From Azolla caroliniana (lineage: Eukaryota; Plantae; Polypodiophyta): a DNA stretch of 64,000 nucleotides. Below the pieces are notes generated by a model. That model did no database searches, was not told where the DNA came from, and saw nothing but the letters and a program-made list of their open reading frames with translations. Below, in pieces: positions 41,230 through 54,826 of this stretch (the first letter of the stretch is position 1; every line of letters begins with the position of its first letter). A program made the translations under genes and the position numbers. The DNA lies in NCBI GenBank assembly GCA_043228905.1, contig JBHGNT010000018.1:16182001-16246000 (forward strand), given 5' to 3'.

Positions 41230-42640
41230 CAAAGACGGTAATGATAGTATCTCCTACCTAAACTGGTGGCTAACTCTTCCCCAGGAATGGGGGGGGAGGA
41301 CCATATGGTTTTGTTGTTAGGTGCAACATGTGTAGTATAATGTGTGAAGCATGAGCCTCCACATTTGTCCCATGTCATGATACATTGGCGTTGCAAAAAG
41401 GCCTCATTTACAGATGAATCTAATGATGTATTATGTAGTGAGTGTGTCGCATCCCATTTGCCAAACCATTTTTTTCATACTTGCACCCAATTGGAACACA
41501 AAATTTTGCTTTTATGCGTCTTTTGGATCAGACTTCGTGCTTGCTTCCCATGCAATTCTAGGAAGTCGATGTGAGGGACGTTTTTAAACCTCAAGCATGT
41601 ATTCAAGAACCCTTTCCATGGTCATGATGTCGATGGGAAGTGATCTCGTCTCAAGGCAGAGGGTGTATGACGTTTGTTTCTTAACTTGTAAAAACTTTGT
41701 AAGAATATATTTTTGGACATCTTTAAACTCTTTTGAAGTAAGGATGCTACCACCCCGTACTTCTACCGCATAGAAAAGCATCGGTGTCACCAAATTGTTG
41801 AAAAAGGTATTTCTTAAGGACCCAACACTTAATATCTCCATGATTACATGTGTTCTCAAATGCATAATATGCTCTCTTTCCCACCCTAAGCGGCTTGTAG
41901 CACATTCATTCCATCTATGACTTGAAGGAACTTCAACGCCAAGATATTTGAAGTTCTCCACACATTCAAGTAGCTCATTATTGTACATAATGCATGGTTT
42001 ATATTTTTTTTGGCTCTTCACAAGCATAATCTTTGTTTTAGAGCTATTGCCACTTAATTTAGTATGCATGCAAAAGAAAATTCCAATGCCTTCATAAGCT
42101 TCTATGCATCTCCTAAAGTATTTGCAAAAAGCAGTACATCATCCACATATAGTAAAAGCATAGTGACAACATTCCCAAAGGCAACTTATTCAATACATTC
42201 TTCCTTTACAAACTTGGCAATCATTTCTTCCAATTCATCAATGCATAGACCAAATAGAGTTGGTGAAAGTGGGCATCCTTGCTTAACACCAATAGTGTTA
42301 TTGAAAAAATATTAAAGTCTATCGCCTATACTCACACAACATATAACCTTCTCATATATTTAGGAAATTGCAAGCTGATATTCACTTGGCACCTTGAGTT
42401 TTTCTATTCTCCTCCAAAAATGTTCACGAGGTACTCCAAAAATGTTCACAAGGTACCATATCAAAAGCTTTCTTGAATTCCCCGAAGCAACAATATAAAC
42501 CTTTACCGCTAAGGCAACTTTCATCCATTAATACTCGAAGGGTGACAAGGTGATCGATGGTGCTATTGTGTTTTCGAAAGCCAACTTGTCCATAAACTTT
42601 TTTACCATTTTTTTCACCTCATGTACTTATCTTTGATTCT
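41230..42640 (-). mobile_element. Decayed RTE-clade LINE, reverse transcriptase region
   Basis: Minus-strand motifs QVGFRKHNSTIDH, GVKQGCPLSPTLFGLCID, LLYVDDVLL, KTKIM, VENFKYLG. Multiple frameshifts. Confidence 0.85.
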
Positions 42641-43764
42641 ATTATACATCCAAATAGTTTTGCCATTCGTAAGCCAACCATGATGGCTCAAAGAGAGAGA
42701 TTAACCTTCGAAGACCATAATTGGCCCATGAGATAGATAGAGAAAGAAAGAAAGCTATGGACGTATCCATATATCCACGTACCAAAATAGTTATACAAAG
42801 AACACATTCATCACTTTTACTAGATTTGTTAACGGAAATACATATTGTCATATTTTCCAACTTTTAACCACCCTATAATGCTTAATATTTACAATTTAGA
42901 AGATGGTAAGAGACAATATATATATACAAGAAACATGGTCATGTTATGATTTGTGGGAACCTACCTTTTATTAGGTAGTAATGATTAATTATCAATCGAC
43001 TTTAATTTTAAAGGGAAGCTTTAGGGTTTCTAATTTTAGGCCTTTGGGTGCTCCAACATCAAGGCTACCTTTTGGTTCCTCATTCATTTACATCCACTAA
43101 GAGCCACTTTCACTTTTCTCCATATAGTTAGGTAAAAAAATGCTTTTGGTGTGACTAGGTATTCTTCGGAACTTTAGGGCTACCTTATGGGGGCCTCATT
43201 CTCCCCCCTTTTGCGTCCACTAAGCTCTCATATGTATAAAAAGGGCACATTGTGCTCTAACATAAAAATATATATCTTTAGGTACACCAACTTTAGGGCT
43301 ACATTTGGTCCTCATTCTCTCCCTTTGGCCATCCATTGAGAACCACTTTCTTCCACATAATTTTTACACACTCATTAATCAGGATATACATGTTCTTTAA
43401 CTTAGAAACTATCTATTTTGTTGAGATGCCTTATAGGACTAACATATTTCTTAATTTAAATTAATTTTAGTAATGTAGTGATTAGGTGTATTAATTTAAA
43501 TTAATTTTAATAGCTTTCAAGTCTTTCACTGCTAAATAGAGTAAAGAGGTAAGTGCTTTTATGTGTTTACATATAAAACGGTCTTTGCCCAACATGAGGA
43601 AGGTGACCTCTTGAGATTCGAAAGTGACACTTTGGAATAAGAAAAACTCCAAGGTCTACGTCACGTTAGTCTCCTTGGGCAAACTCTCGATTAAGGTTTC
43701 TGGGGCCAAGTTTTGGAAAAAATATTTGTTTGAACAATTTGCGTTGAGCAATACACTTATTTTC

Positions 43765-44093
43765 TTCCAATGGATAAGACTTTTGGGCACTTCAAACCAT
43801 CATAGTGGCCCATACTCATAGGAGATATTTGTTTAAGACCAACCCATGAATTGAAGGAACATTCATAGGAGATATTTGTTTTAAGACCAACCCATGAATT
43901 GAAGGAACATTCATAGGAGATATTTGTTTTAAGACCAACCCATGAATTGAAGGAACATTCATAGGAGATATTTGTTTTAAGACAAACCCATGAATTGAAG
44001 GGAGCATTCCAATGGATAAGATTTTAGGCACTTCCAACTATCATGATGGCTTATACACATAGGAGATATTTGTTTAAGACCAACCCATGAATT
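43765..44093. repeat. Minisatellite: 47-48-bp unit x4 nested in a larger duplicated unit
   Basis: CATAGGAGATATTTGTTTTAAGACCAACCCATGAATTGAAGGAACATT at 43817, 43864, 43912 and 43960. A leader block TTCCAATGGATAAG.. occurs at ~43765 and ~44008. Confidence 0.9.
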
Positions 44094-44511
44094 CAGCTCC
44101 TTCAATATCTCTATTCAATTATGCCTTCAAACTTTAATAAAGGGGCATCCCAATTCCAAACTACTTCTAAGAGCTTTCGAGTCTACTCAACACGCACTCC
44201 GCTCCTTTCACCCTCGCCTAATTGGAGTTTCCCACTAGCAAACATGTCTTGCTTGAAAAAGAAGAAGACAAAGATTTGGTTATGTCTATGACATGAAAAG
44301 ATGTCCAATCCTTTTCCTTAGCATTGGGAATTTCTATGATTAGAAGATCATGATGCCATTAATCACTCTTGTCGATGGTTCTTCCAAGATTTACCTAAAA
44401 GTTTGTGAAGATCATGATGCCATTAACCACTCTTAATAGATTTGATCGTCCGAGACTATTCAAGAATCGAAGATCATGATAATTCGAGGTTCACCTCCGA
44501 GAAGGAACCCA

Positions 44512-44649
44512 TTTTCTTGGAACTCCATAAACTAGCTAATTACAATTCAAAATTTTCTTGTAACTCCATAAACCAGCTAATTACAATTCAAATTTTTTTT
44601 GGAACTCCAAAAACCAGCTAATTACAATTAAAAAAATTCTTGGAACTCC
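44512..44649. repeat. 41-bp tandem repeat (~3.4 copies)
   Basis: AACTCC anchors at 44521, 44562, 44603 and 44644. Confidence 0.85.
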
Positions 44650-45216
44650 TGTTAATAGTAGTAGTTCATCTTGAACCACACACAATATAGCTTTACAATT
44701 CAAAGACTTCTATCTGTTGTTCATCAGGGACTATTGCAAGATAGCTCACAATTAATCGAAGATCGGGTAAACTTCTATTCGTTGCTCACAATTAATCGAA
44801 GGATAGGTGGAACTTTTATTCGGGTTTCATCGGGAACCCATTCAAAGGACTCCAATTAAAACTTTATTAAAACTACACTACAGCTATTAAATTTTTGATG
44901 GAATTAAAAAGCTCTGTGTAGATTTTACCTTGATTAATGATTATTAAATATATAGATAGTGAAACCAAAATGACAAATTCTCAATGATGTAACGCCAGAA
45001 TGAAAAAAGAGAGTGGGATTGGATCATTTCTGGATGATGATTATTTTACACAAATCAAAGTGAAAGCAAAACACTTTGAGAAGCCAAATTTAGGTTAATA
45101 CATACATACATACAATATGACATATGATTCAGATGTAAGCCAGATAGAGTAGCAATTATTTCTCTGATAAGAGATCATCCATGGTAGTTTATGATCATGA
45201 GTTAAAAAAAGAAAAG

Positions 45217-45756
45217 TTAGTCATAATTTCTCCGATCTTCGCGGCCATGATCATTACCACCATCTTGACCTGGATGAGAAGGCTCTTCATGCTCAGATTT
45301 CTTGGGGTTACCTCCATCCGGTGCGGATCCGGATCCGGATTCCGATCTGCCCTGGTTGTGGTTCTTGGCGCCGTAATCGTGCAAATATGTCTCGGCTTTC
45401 TCCAAGTAGGTGCCATATGAGGTTTTCTCGAGGTGTCCATAGTGGGAGGCGGCATCGATAAGATTGGCGGCAGCCCCGGCCAATTCACCCATATCAGTCT
45501 GATGTGCAGATCCTCCCGATCCACCGCCACCGCCGCCGCCAAGTTTGGCTGTGGCCGCGCCCATCAGGACTTGGGCGCTCGCAAAGGCTTCTCCATAGGA
45601 CGGGGCCGAGCTATGGCCACCGCCTTCTCCTTCTCCTTTACCATGGCCATGGCTATCAGAAGGGGCCTGATTTGATCCCTTCTCTCCTCCTCCTTCTTCT
45701 TCCTTGGATTGGGAGGCCTTGAAGAGGGATGAGGCACTAGAGAAGAGGCTGTCCAT
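45217..45756 (-). CDS. Nodulin-related protein 1/2-like (NRP/NDRP family), intronless, 179 aa
   Basis: Core SYGEAFASAQVL..DMGELAGAAANLIDAASHYGHLE..YGTYLEKAETYLHDY matches the Arabidopsis NRP1-type family. Gly/Ser/His-rich flanks. TATATA ~85 bp upstream. Confidence 0.85.
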   Translation of the reverse strand: MDSLFSSASSLFKASQSKEEEGGGEKGSNQAPSDSHGHGKGEGEGGGHSSAPSYGEAFASAQVLMGAATAKLGGGGGGGSGGSAHQTDMGELAGAAANLIDAASHYGHLEKTSYGTYLEKAETYLHDYGAKNHNQGRSESGSGSAPDGGNPKKSEHEEPSHPGQDGGNDHGREDRRNYD

Positions 45757-46418
45757 TCCTTTCTTGCTGCTTTTCTTTTTGTGCTTTTCAAGTATATGTA
45801 TGAAGCAACAACAACAAAAAAAGCCCTAAACAAAGAAGGATATATATAAGAAGAAGGAGGAGAAGAAGAAAGATTGATTGGTGATGATGAAGGATTGGAT
45901 TGGTAAGTTTTAATGGTGTTTTCTAGAAGGGAAAGTGGAGAGATAATGGAGGGTCTACTACAAGATGTTTTTGACTCAAAATCATATATAAAATATACAA
46001 TGTAAAGAGAAAAGCCATGGGTAGGTAGTTTAGGCCCTAGGGTCCACAAGGAAAAGATGTGGAGATAAGAAAGACACCATAGATCTTCTTTCACAAAAGA
46101 ATATCTTTATGGGCATGAGTCATGACCATCTCATCGGATATCGTGGGCGGCAGAGACTGTGCCCTAGAAAAGAAAAGAAAACATGAAACCTTTTCGGAGG
46201 ACATCTTGGCCCACATGGTCATGCCCTTAAAATCTATCTTTATGTCGAGACAAAAAAAACCCAGACAAAGATCATGAGGAACAGAGACACGCGTCGAGAA
46301 TTCATTGTATTTCATAATTTTTCATTGTGATGTCCACGTGAACCCCATTCTAGTCGCGACTCGCTTAGTGAGCGTTCATATATTTTTCACAACCAATAAC
46401 TATTGTCGCGATCTCACA

Positions 46419-46428
46419 TGTATGTATG

Positions 46429-46505
<77 letters not shown>

Positions 46506-46536
46506 ATATGTATGTATGTGTGTATGTGTATGTTTA

Positions 46537-46603
<67 letters not shown>

Positions 46604-46668
46604 GTATGTATGTATGTATGTATGTATGTATGTATGTATGTATGTATGTATGTATGTATCTGTATGCA
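46419..46668. repeat. Compound microsatellite (GT)n/(TGTATG)n/(TATG)n
   Basis: Directly visible; it explains the VC/MC/YI-rich ORFs. Confidence 0.95.
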
Positions 46669-47259
46669 TGCTATAGAGCAACAAAAATAAACCTGACTTG
46701 GATTGCCCTTGAAAGTTTTCATTCTTGAAACAAATATAAAAACGACCCGCCCAAAGCGCCCAAAGTATGGACTCGAATTTATTCCACTTTGTCGGGCTTC
46801 TTGAGTAGATAAAGTGTGCTAGCACATGATCTCCTTTACTTCTCCATGATGTGCATCAATCTTTAATAGGCGATAATAAACATCCTCGTATGCAACTCGG
46901 AAAGAAAAATGCTTAAGGAAACAATAAAATACGAACAAGGTTGCGCTTTCAATGTCTAAAACAAACGCGTTGTATCATCATCGAGAAACTAGTGAAATGG
47001 CAACATCAAGTAAAGGGGCATTAAAAGTGCATAGAACATTATTGTGCATTTCTCATCGGTTGCCCATCATTTCTATGTGCTTTCAACCATGTCCCTTTTG
47101 TGTTTGTTCATTTGCGCACAAGTACGTACTCAACGAATTACCTATATAATACCCTATTCCTAACCCCAAAATGAAAGATAAGTTATGTATTTTTAGAACA
47201 AATTCCAAACTAAAATATATAGTATTTGAATGCAATCCTTAACAATATGTCTCCCACTT

Positions 47260-47620
47260 CAAGAAAGTCTTGCCTCTCTTTCACATTTCTTAAATGTACT
47301 ATTCATAAACTTGTAATATCCTGGTGAAATAAACTTCATGAAAAGAGGCACTTTCTCGAGTTCATCCTATGGAAGGAGCATTCCAGTGCATTGGATTGGC
47401 ATGTAATCCATCTTCCCATTAAAATGTGATGAAAGTCGAGCATGGTGTTGATGCTCTTGTTGGGTTTTTAGATAACATTGTAATATTATCAAGAAATATG
47501 ACCACAAGGTTATCTTGGTAAGCCTCTAGCTTATCATTCACTAGATGTTGAAAATTTGTCAAGAGCATCAATAAGCCCAAAACATACTTGAAGGCAATGC
47601 AAAGCTTAAACTTGTATATT
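47260..47620 (-). mobile_element. Highly decayed Ty3/gypsy RT fragment
   Basis: ..GLLMLLTNFQHLVND..DNLVVIFLDNITMLSK resembles gypsy FGLTNAPATFQ..VYLDDILIYS. Confidence 0.55.
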
Positions 47621-49458
47621 GTTTTTATCATATTATGTTTGGCGGTTGAGATCCTAATGTAGGGCCATTCTATTAAGTTTTGATAATGTGCAAGTACTCA
47701 AATTAGATAATGATCATGTAACACTTTTTATCGCATTAACATTGGGATTGAGATCCCAATGTAGGCCCATACTACATGATTTCAATAGGACCCATGCTTT
47801 TTAATTTTAAAATGAACCTCGAGGAAAGAGCGTGTGTCATACTTTATTCATTGAAGTGTGACAAATGATGGCAGAGAGAGAGAGAGAGAGAGAGAGGGAC
47901 ATGTGATATGTAAAAGTCGAGTACCTTGTGCCTAATGCAAATTTGTTTGGTGTGAAGCATGCCATAAAGTAGAGTGTACATAAGAAAAGGATCCAATGTA
48001 TGTGTTTTATGGAGTTTGATACTACAAATACTCATCTAGAAATGTGAATTTTGAAACGATCCTTATATAGATTATATTGTTGTTATTCATTTAAACTTCG
48101 GCATTTCTGCAATCTTTCGATCCTATTGCAAGGTGACATGATGCCGGCTTCTTCTAAGGTGATATTCAGCTCTCAATTGCACCTAATTCGACTTCTCCAT
48201 TTAATGACACCAAAGCAACACTGTTGATTTTTCTACCGGGCCCATGGACTTTCACTAAGAGCATTTTTTCCTTGTACAGTAGAGTCGGTTAGATGTCACA
48301 TGCTTCTCTTCAAGACATATGATCTCATAACAAATGTAATAACTGTAATAAAGGGATGCTGAAATTTGTGTTATAAGAATAACAAATTCAATTTAATTTC
48401 AAATAAATATCGATAATCAAGCATCATCCTTTCCTATAAGTTGTACATACGTTCAAGGTATTCTAGAAATTAGAATGATGCGCTCATTTGGGGAGCAAGA
48501 ACCATCCAACCACCCCAAGCTACCTCAAATGTCAATCTTGATCTCATCAAAGAAGAAAATGAAGAAAACAACTTCAAATGTAAATTGAACGTGTATAGTC
48601 TTGCATGAATTATGAATTGGAATCAATCTTCCCCCACTAACAAAAACTAACACTTCAATACAACACCATGTTTTTTTCTTTATTTTCCTTGTGTATGAGC
48701 TTTTTATGTATTTAAAATAGCACATTTTAGATTATTTGTGTGTTTGTGTACACGTGCGCACACATTACCATGGATATATTCCACTCATGGGCAAATATGT
48801 CATTGCACATATATCAACATGAACCACCATTTGGATTGAAAGTCATCATCTGTGGGTTGGGTCAAAGTCCTTCAGTTATTCATATAAATATGTCGAAGAG
48901 TCAAAGAAACTAGGGTCAAATAACTAGGTTGCTCCAACTTGTGAAAAGATAAAGAGCCTATATAACTCCATAAGGTTACCATGGAAGTATCTCCCCTAGC
49001 ATAGTACTATTCATAGCAAAGATTGCTCACAATAAAGCAACAAACATCTCCTGAAGTTCTAGATCACTACTTCACAATTGCTTGGTTATGTACATAAGCT
49101 GAAAAAGAAACGAGGTGCAACATACACCCCCAAATATGGCCTATTTGAGATTCTTGTTGCAATACACAAGGGGCGCATGGACATGATTCATTATCAAAGC
49201 AACACTGATTCATGGAAAGAAGTGTCCTTCCAAAAAATGGATTCAAAATAACCCATAGGTCGGGAGTTCGGCTGCCACCCCAGCCCCAGCCCCGACCATC
49301 GGATGCTACAAATGGCAATCAACCCACCATTACCAGGGGGAAAAAATGGATTTAGAAAACGTGTATATATATGTGTGTGTTTGTGTGTGTGTAAGCAAGA
49401 AGCAAAGCATTGAGTTTTCCTTCAATGTTTTGACATTTTTTTCCCCATGTTTTTTCAT

Positions 49459-52400
49459 CTAAGAGAGTAGAGATTTAATCACTGGGGGACAATGACTCCT
49501 TCGACGCCGCATGCGCTTACCACGGGTCGCTTCACCCCAGGTACAAAATCTCAATATCAAAGTGTTCTTTTTATTCTTACACAATTTGGTTGTTTTTGTC
49601 TTGCTGGTTTGTTTCGGAGGGGCCGGCACTTGTTCTATCGTAAAACATCTCTTGACATCTTCTTCTCCTTTAGGGGAGCTGCTTTCTAAGGTCATTGTTG
49701 ATTCGATCAGACCTTCGATGATTTGCAGGTCTTCGGTGATCTCTTGTCTCGAGAGTAACACAATACTTGAAAGGACATCCTTTTGAAAGTCTTTGCATGC
49801 CTTCCCTCTTCGTGGTGATCTTCGTCGAACATTCGGTGGCGGCGGCGGCGGCGGTAATGGCGGAGGGCTCTCCTCTCGGACACTATTTCCACCATCCATA
49901 ACATTTACACATAGTTTCTCAATGTCGGGGCTGATGGGTTCAAGCCTCAAGATTGCTAGCTCAAAATAGTCAAGAACTTTCTCGTGGTTTCTGACAAATA
50001 CCTCGTCTAGCATTATCGCCATCCAATCATCACCATCACCTATGTCTATGCCTCCTAATTTCTCATCATTTTCGACTTGAGGAATCGCATCAGCTAATTG
50101 TTTAAGAGACCTCCCTTGCTTATTGTCGTCGTAGTCATCATCATCATCATTATCTACTGAGGCTTTACGCCGATCAATCCCAAAACTCAGCAAAATATCA
50201 GCAGCGATTCCCCCATCATTCCAGATACTTCTACCAGCTAGAGTACTCACAGTTGATTTTGTTGTTGCCACAAAATCGCTAGTTATGTAATCAGTGGATA
50301 CATCTGTGAGAGCAGTCTTTTCCGGCCAAACAATAGAAGAGAAGGCAATCTCATCATTCCTGTGGCATTGCCATCCTCCTTCACTGCTTCCATTAGAATC
50401 AACTTGAACCTTCAGTGACGATAATGAGGCAGTTGTAATTGTCTCTCTTCCCTCAAGTCTAGTCAATACCAAGCCACTACAACTCTTCACCGCAACAGAG
50501 CCTTCACACCGGTCCTTTCTGCCACATATGTTTCTATTTCTTCTAATATCATTATTACCTTCTTCCTCCATTGTAGACTTGGCACTGACACTCTCAGAAG
50601 AAACGTGCTCTCTCCCACTCTCATCTAGAAAAGCATTTGATTTCATATATGAGCTACTCTGTAGGGGACAATGATGATCATGTGATCCATGAAGAGAAGT
50701 CCATTGTGGTGCTATAAGAACTGCCGGTTCCTGGATGGATCCTTTGCTTATTGTGGTAATTACAGTCTCTGTACTTGAATCATTCTCTAACAAATCCTCA
50801 CAAATCTGCACGTTTAAGTCAAGATTGTGTCTGATTGGTTTGGGATCGCCCATTTTGCTGTTTCCATGACCTAGTTTCAGTGCAATATTTGATCCATTGC
50901 ATGTAGAACCCAAGAAGGCTTTATTCGAAGGTATCTCTGGTCTCACAATAGCTGGGATTTTATATCTTGAATCACAATCATTACCTTCTTCCTCCAATAG
51001 CCCATATCTTCCCTTGACATCATGAGAACCAGGCATTTCTACGTTATGGTTTTGTGTCGCAAGAAAATTTATATCTGATTGGTGAAATGAGTTTTGATTA
51101 AAGCCCAATATTGGCTTTGATGCTTGTTCCATTGTTACAGAATGGAAGAGATTTTGTTGATATACTGGTGCCATTATTGATGAGTTAGCTACAACTCCTG
51201 CTTTATGCCCAGGAAAAGTCATATGGCTAATTACATTAGTGGTCAGAGCCTTTACATTGAATGGAGTTTGAATACCTACACTAGATGGTGGTTGTGGTGG
51301 TGGTGATGATGACGATGGTGGATGGCTTGATAATGTAGACCTTAATGGTGTATGAAAATATATTTCTCTCTCTCTTCCATTTGAGAAAAATGGAATGCTA
51401 TCCTCAGTAATATTTCTGTTGTTTTGTGACCTTGTCAGGAAACTTTGGTCATTCTCTAAGTTTGAAGGGATATCATGAGCTGTGGTTGCAATTTCATTCA
51501 AAATATGCCTAGGAAAAGATTCTTTTGAAGGACATTCTCCTTGTTGAGAGTTCATTGGAAAGGTTGAAGAATATGGACTTGAAACCTCTCGAGAAGATAG
51601 TATCCTCTCCCCAAAAAGTTTCCTCTCCTCGTGTTTTTGCATAAACAATGGTAAGGGGTGTTGCTTCCCTGATGAAGCCTGAGTCCCAGCTTTTGCTGTA
51701 GAAGATGTGACTGGCGAACTCTGCAGTAATGAAGCAAATTCTAGGTTAACTTACACTGAAAAGAATTTAAGAGATAAGCTTAAGCGATACAATAATAGTG
51801 TTTTCTTATATCTTAAAAGACTGCCAAACATTATATGATAATTCCTATTCCTGGAAACTAAACATGTAGACATGCAATCTCACATTCAAATAATATGTCG
51901 GGGATAGAGACAAAATATAAATTGAAGTACCTGGAGGAGCCAGTGCGGTAACTTTGAAGTTGCTTCTCTGGATCTCTGAGGACTATCTTCTACATTAAAA
52001 AAGTGTATTTCACCACTTCCCTTCTTTTGCAACTTTTCCCCGAATTTTCGCTTCTCATCAGAGTGAATGACTCCTCTATACATATCATGGGCATTCTCTC
52101 TCACTGCACGGTTCAAATCTGGCGAGTTCAATGAAAACTTTCCAAGAGGCATATCCTCATATAATGCATCAACTTTACATTTCTCTAACAAGTCATGTGG
52201 TTCCTTCTCGATCTCAAAGTCCATATCTTCGGCCGCAGGCTGTTCCAAATCAATTTCAGGTCGGCGCTTAACTTCACGTGATTTGTTCATATCATATTCA
52301 TTGGGAGAAAATGATGTTTTTCGGCTAGAATTTTCAACATTCCCATCCCAAAGCATTTGATCCCCTTTTCTTTTCAATGAACCAGAATTATATAAAGGTA

Positions 52401-52870
52401 TGGCATTACAAGATGGTACACTATGTTGAGTAGGGTTCAGAGTTTTCGATTCTGACATCAACAATTGTTGTGTGTGATAAAGCCGGTGCAATTCAAACAA
52501 CTGTCAGAAACCAAATAAATGTGTTAAGTATGAAGTGAATTGCCCAATAATAATAATAATAATAATAATACAAAAAATAAAGTAGCATCATCACACTTGC
52601 CTGTTCTTTGAATACAATCTCATGCTCCAACATTTTTTGCTTCAATTTCTCGATATTCCTGTCATGTTCAAGATGCATACTCCAAAGCATCTTGCTTGAT
52701 TTATGTGGCGTGTCAATGGTGAACGAAGGCATAGTATCAGAAAATGAGGGTAAAGAGAAAGTTTCATCTGCTATAGTCCTAGTATACGCCTTTGTTCTCT
52801 TGTTTGAGAGAAGAGCCAAAGATCTTTTCTCCGACCTCATGTTCATCTTTACAAAAAGAGCATATACCAT
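49459..52870 (-). CDS. DUF863 family protein (~1033 aa if it starts at 52870)
   Basis: Exons 52870-52601, 52500-51931, 51720-49459 join in frame. KQKMLEHEIVFKEQ|LFELHRLYHTQQLLM, IDLE and LDLN EAR-like motifs, DYFELAILRL, RRGKACKDFQKDVL..LSRQEITEDLQIIEGL, WGEATRGKRMRR. Start codon uncertain. Confidence 0.88.
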
Positions 52871-53032
52871 AGCCAGAAAACAAGCACAAGAGTTAATGAC
52901 TACGTCGAGGGAATAAACAAGCTCTCTATCTCTCTCTTTTCCTTTCTCTCAAATATACTAGGTCATATTTGACCTCAGAGTACAGTAATAACGTCTATCT
53001 ATCTTCAATATACACAAAGATGTTGGGAAGGG

Positions 53033-53350
53033 CCCACTCTCTCGTGTTTCCTAACAATGTTCCAACATTATGATCTTGAGGATGAGGTGGAAGACCCACT
53101 TTCTCTTGAGTTTCACAACAATGTTCCAACATTATGATCTTGAGGATGAGGTGGAAGACCCACTTTCTCTTGAGTTTCACAACAATGTTCCAACATTATG
53201 ATCTTGAGGATGCAGTGAGAGACCCACTTTCTATCAGGTTTCTTGACAATGTTCGACATTTGGAACTTTAACAAAGATTTCACATTCTCTTAAGGTTTCC
53301 CAACAATGCTCAACATTATGAGCTTCACAGAGTCCACTTTCTCTCATATT
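53033..53350. repeat. 62-64-bp minisatellite upstream of the DUF863 CDS
   Basis: CCCACTTTCTC..ACAATGTTCCAACATTATGATCTTGAGGATG units at 53033, 53095, 53159 and 53223, then decaying copies. Confidence 0.88.
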
Positions 53351-54559
53351 TACCTATAATATTCAGCATTCTGAGTCAACTTTTTTCTTCTCATGTTTCC
53401 CTACAACACTCAACACAAACAGCCCACTTGTTCTCCCATTCTTCCTATAAAGTTGAACACAAAGATCTCAGTTTCTTCCCAACTGCTTCAGCTAGCAAGA
53501 ATAAGCTCTCACATTGCTTCCTGACAACTCCATTTTCACAGTATAAACTATTCCTGGTTCACTCGCCTAACCAGTAGAATCAATTTTGCTTTTTCTTCCT
53601 CTGGATAATAAGATGGTTCACTTTCGTTTGGTTGCCTCTCTTGATCGTGCCTATACAGTGCCTATAGATCCAACTGCCATTTCGGAAGGTTAACCCATTC
53701 AGGAACCTCTGGATCCATGACTGCTTTCAGCTCATCCAAGCATTTCATCATTTACCATACCCCTCCTTATCTCTGAGTGTCTATGTAAAAAGTTCAGCAG
53801 AAGTAAAGAGCTCAATTCCTTTCATGTTTCCCTATGTACAAAGTTCGACATGAAGAGCTCAATTTCTCTCATGCCTCAGAATTCTTCAGCATAAAGAGTC
53901 TAATTTCTCCAAATGTTTCCCTTATGTACAATGTTTCATTCATTGCAAACTTCTACGACAGAGATTCCACATACCTACGAAAGCTCATGGTGTAATATTA
54001 TACTAATCCACAATCTGTGCAAAACACTGTAAGAGAAAAGAAGCCCAAAAGAGCAGATATGGTGTTAAGCTCTACCACTTAACATATATGTAAAGAACCA
54101 GTACCAGATTAGAACCAAAACAGAGAACCATATCATATGCTATTGGATTTTAGAGTACACTAAGATCAGATATTGTTAGGATTATATGAGACTTACTATG
54201 TTAAATCAGATGCAGTTGTTGGGGGTGTCTTCATGGCTGATCACACTTGATGTAACTAACAGCTTCCACACAAAATGGGAGAAGAACATGTGTGTGAAAA
54301 ATTAGAGAAGGGTGGAGAAATTTACATACAGATCTAGAAGGAGAAAGGAGAAGTTTAATTTCTATGCAAAAGAATGTACATATAGGGTCTTCTGTCTCTG
54401 CCTCCTCTGCTTCCTCTGTTTGGTTTGCTTTTTTTTACTGCTTTTCTGAGTTTCCTTGACTGAAGGAAAAGAGAAAAAAAATCAGGATTTGAGTGGATAG
54501 GAAACCGTGCAAGCCGAATATAGAATTACAGAGACAGTGCACACTGTGTGTATGTGTGT

Positions 54560-54564
<5 letters not shown>

Positions 54565-54602
<38 letters not shown>

Positions 54603-54826
54603 CTATCTCTCTCTCTCTCTCTCTCTCTTTTCTTGTTTTACAAGCTTGGTAGGGACAACATGATCGGCCCCCAATTGAAAAAGGGGGAAAAAAGAAGCTT
54701 TCACAGAAGTATGCAGAGATGAGGAACAGAGACAGAGACAGAGACAGAGACAGAGATACACAGAGAAAGAGAGAGAAAACAGAGAGAGAGAGAGAGAGAG
54801 AGAGATTGTGTGTGTGTGTGTGTGTG
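54565..54826. repeat. (GA)n/(TC)n/(GAGACA)n/(GT)n microsatellite cluster
   Basis: Directly visible; probable promoter or 5' leader region of the DUF863 gene. Confidence 0.9.

Noticed and set aside
43765-44093. Regular 48-bp repeats resembling a CRISPR array
   Set aside because: Units are contiguous with no unique spacers, there are no cas genes, and the context is eukaryotic. It is a minisatellite.
45564-46094. 176-aa ORF overlapping the nodulin-related gene
   Set aside because: Alternate frame over promoter/UTR sequence with no recognisable motif.
46305-46825. Cys/Val/Met- or His/Ile-rich ORFs
   Set aside because: These are translations of microsatellites.
29993-52870. Functional gene cluster (ETFQO, NRP, DUF863)
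   Set aside because: Unrelated families separated by TEs, with no evidence of a shared pathway.
53033-53350. 64-bp periodic repeats as a possible CRISPR or repeat-protein gene
   Set aside because: The whole unit repeats without spacers and the period is not a multiple of 3.
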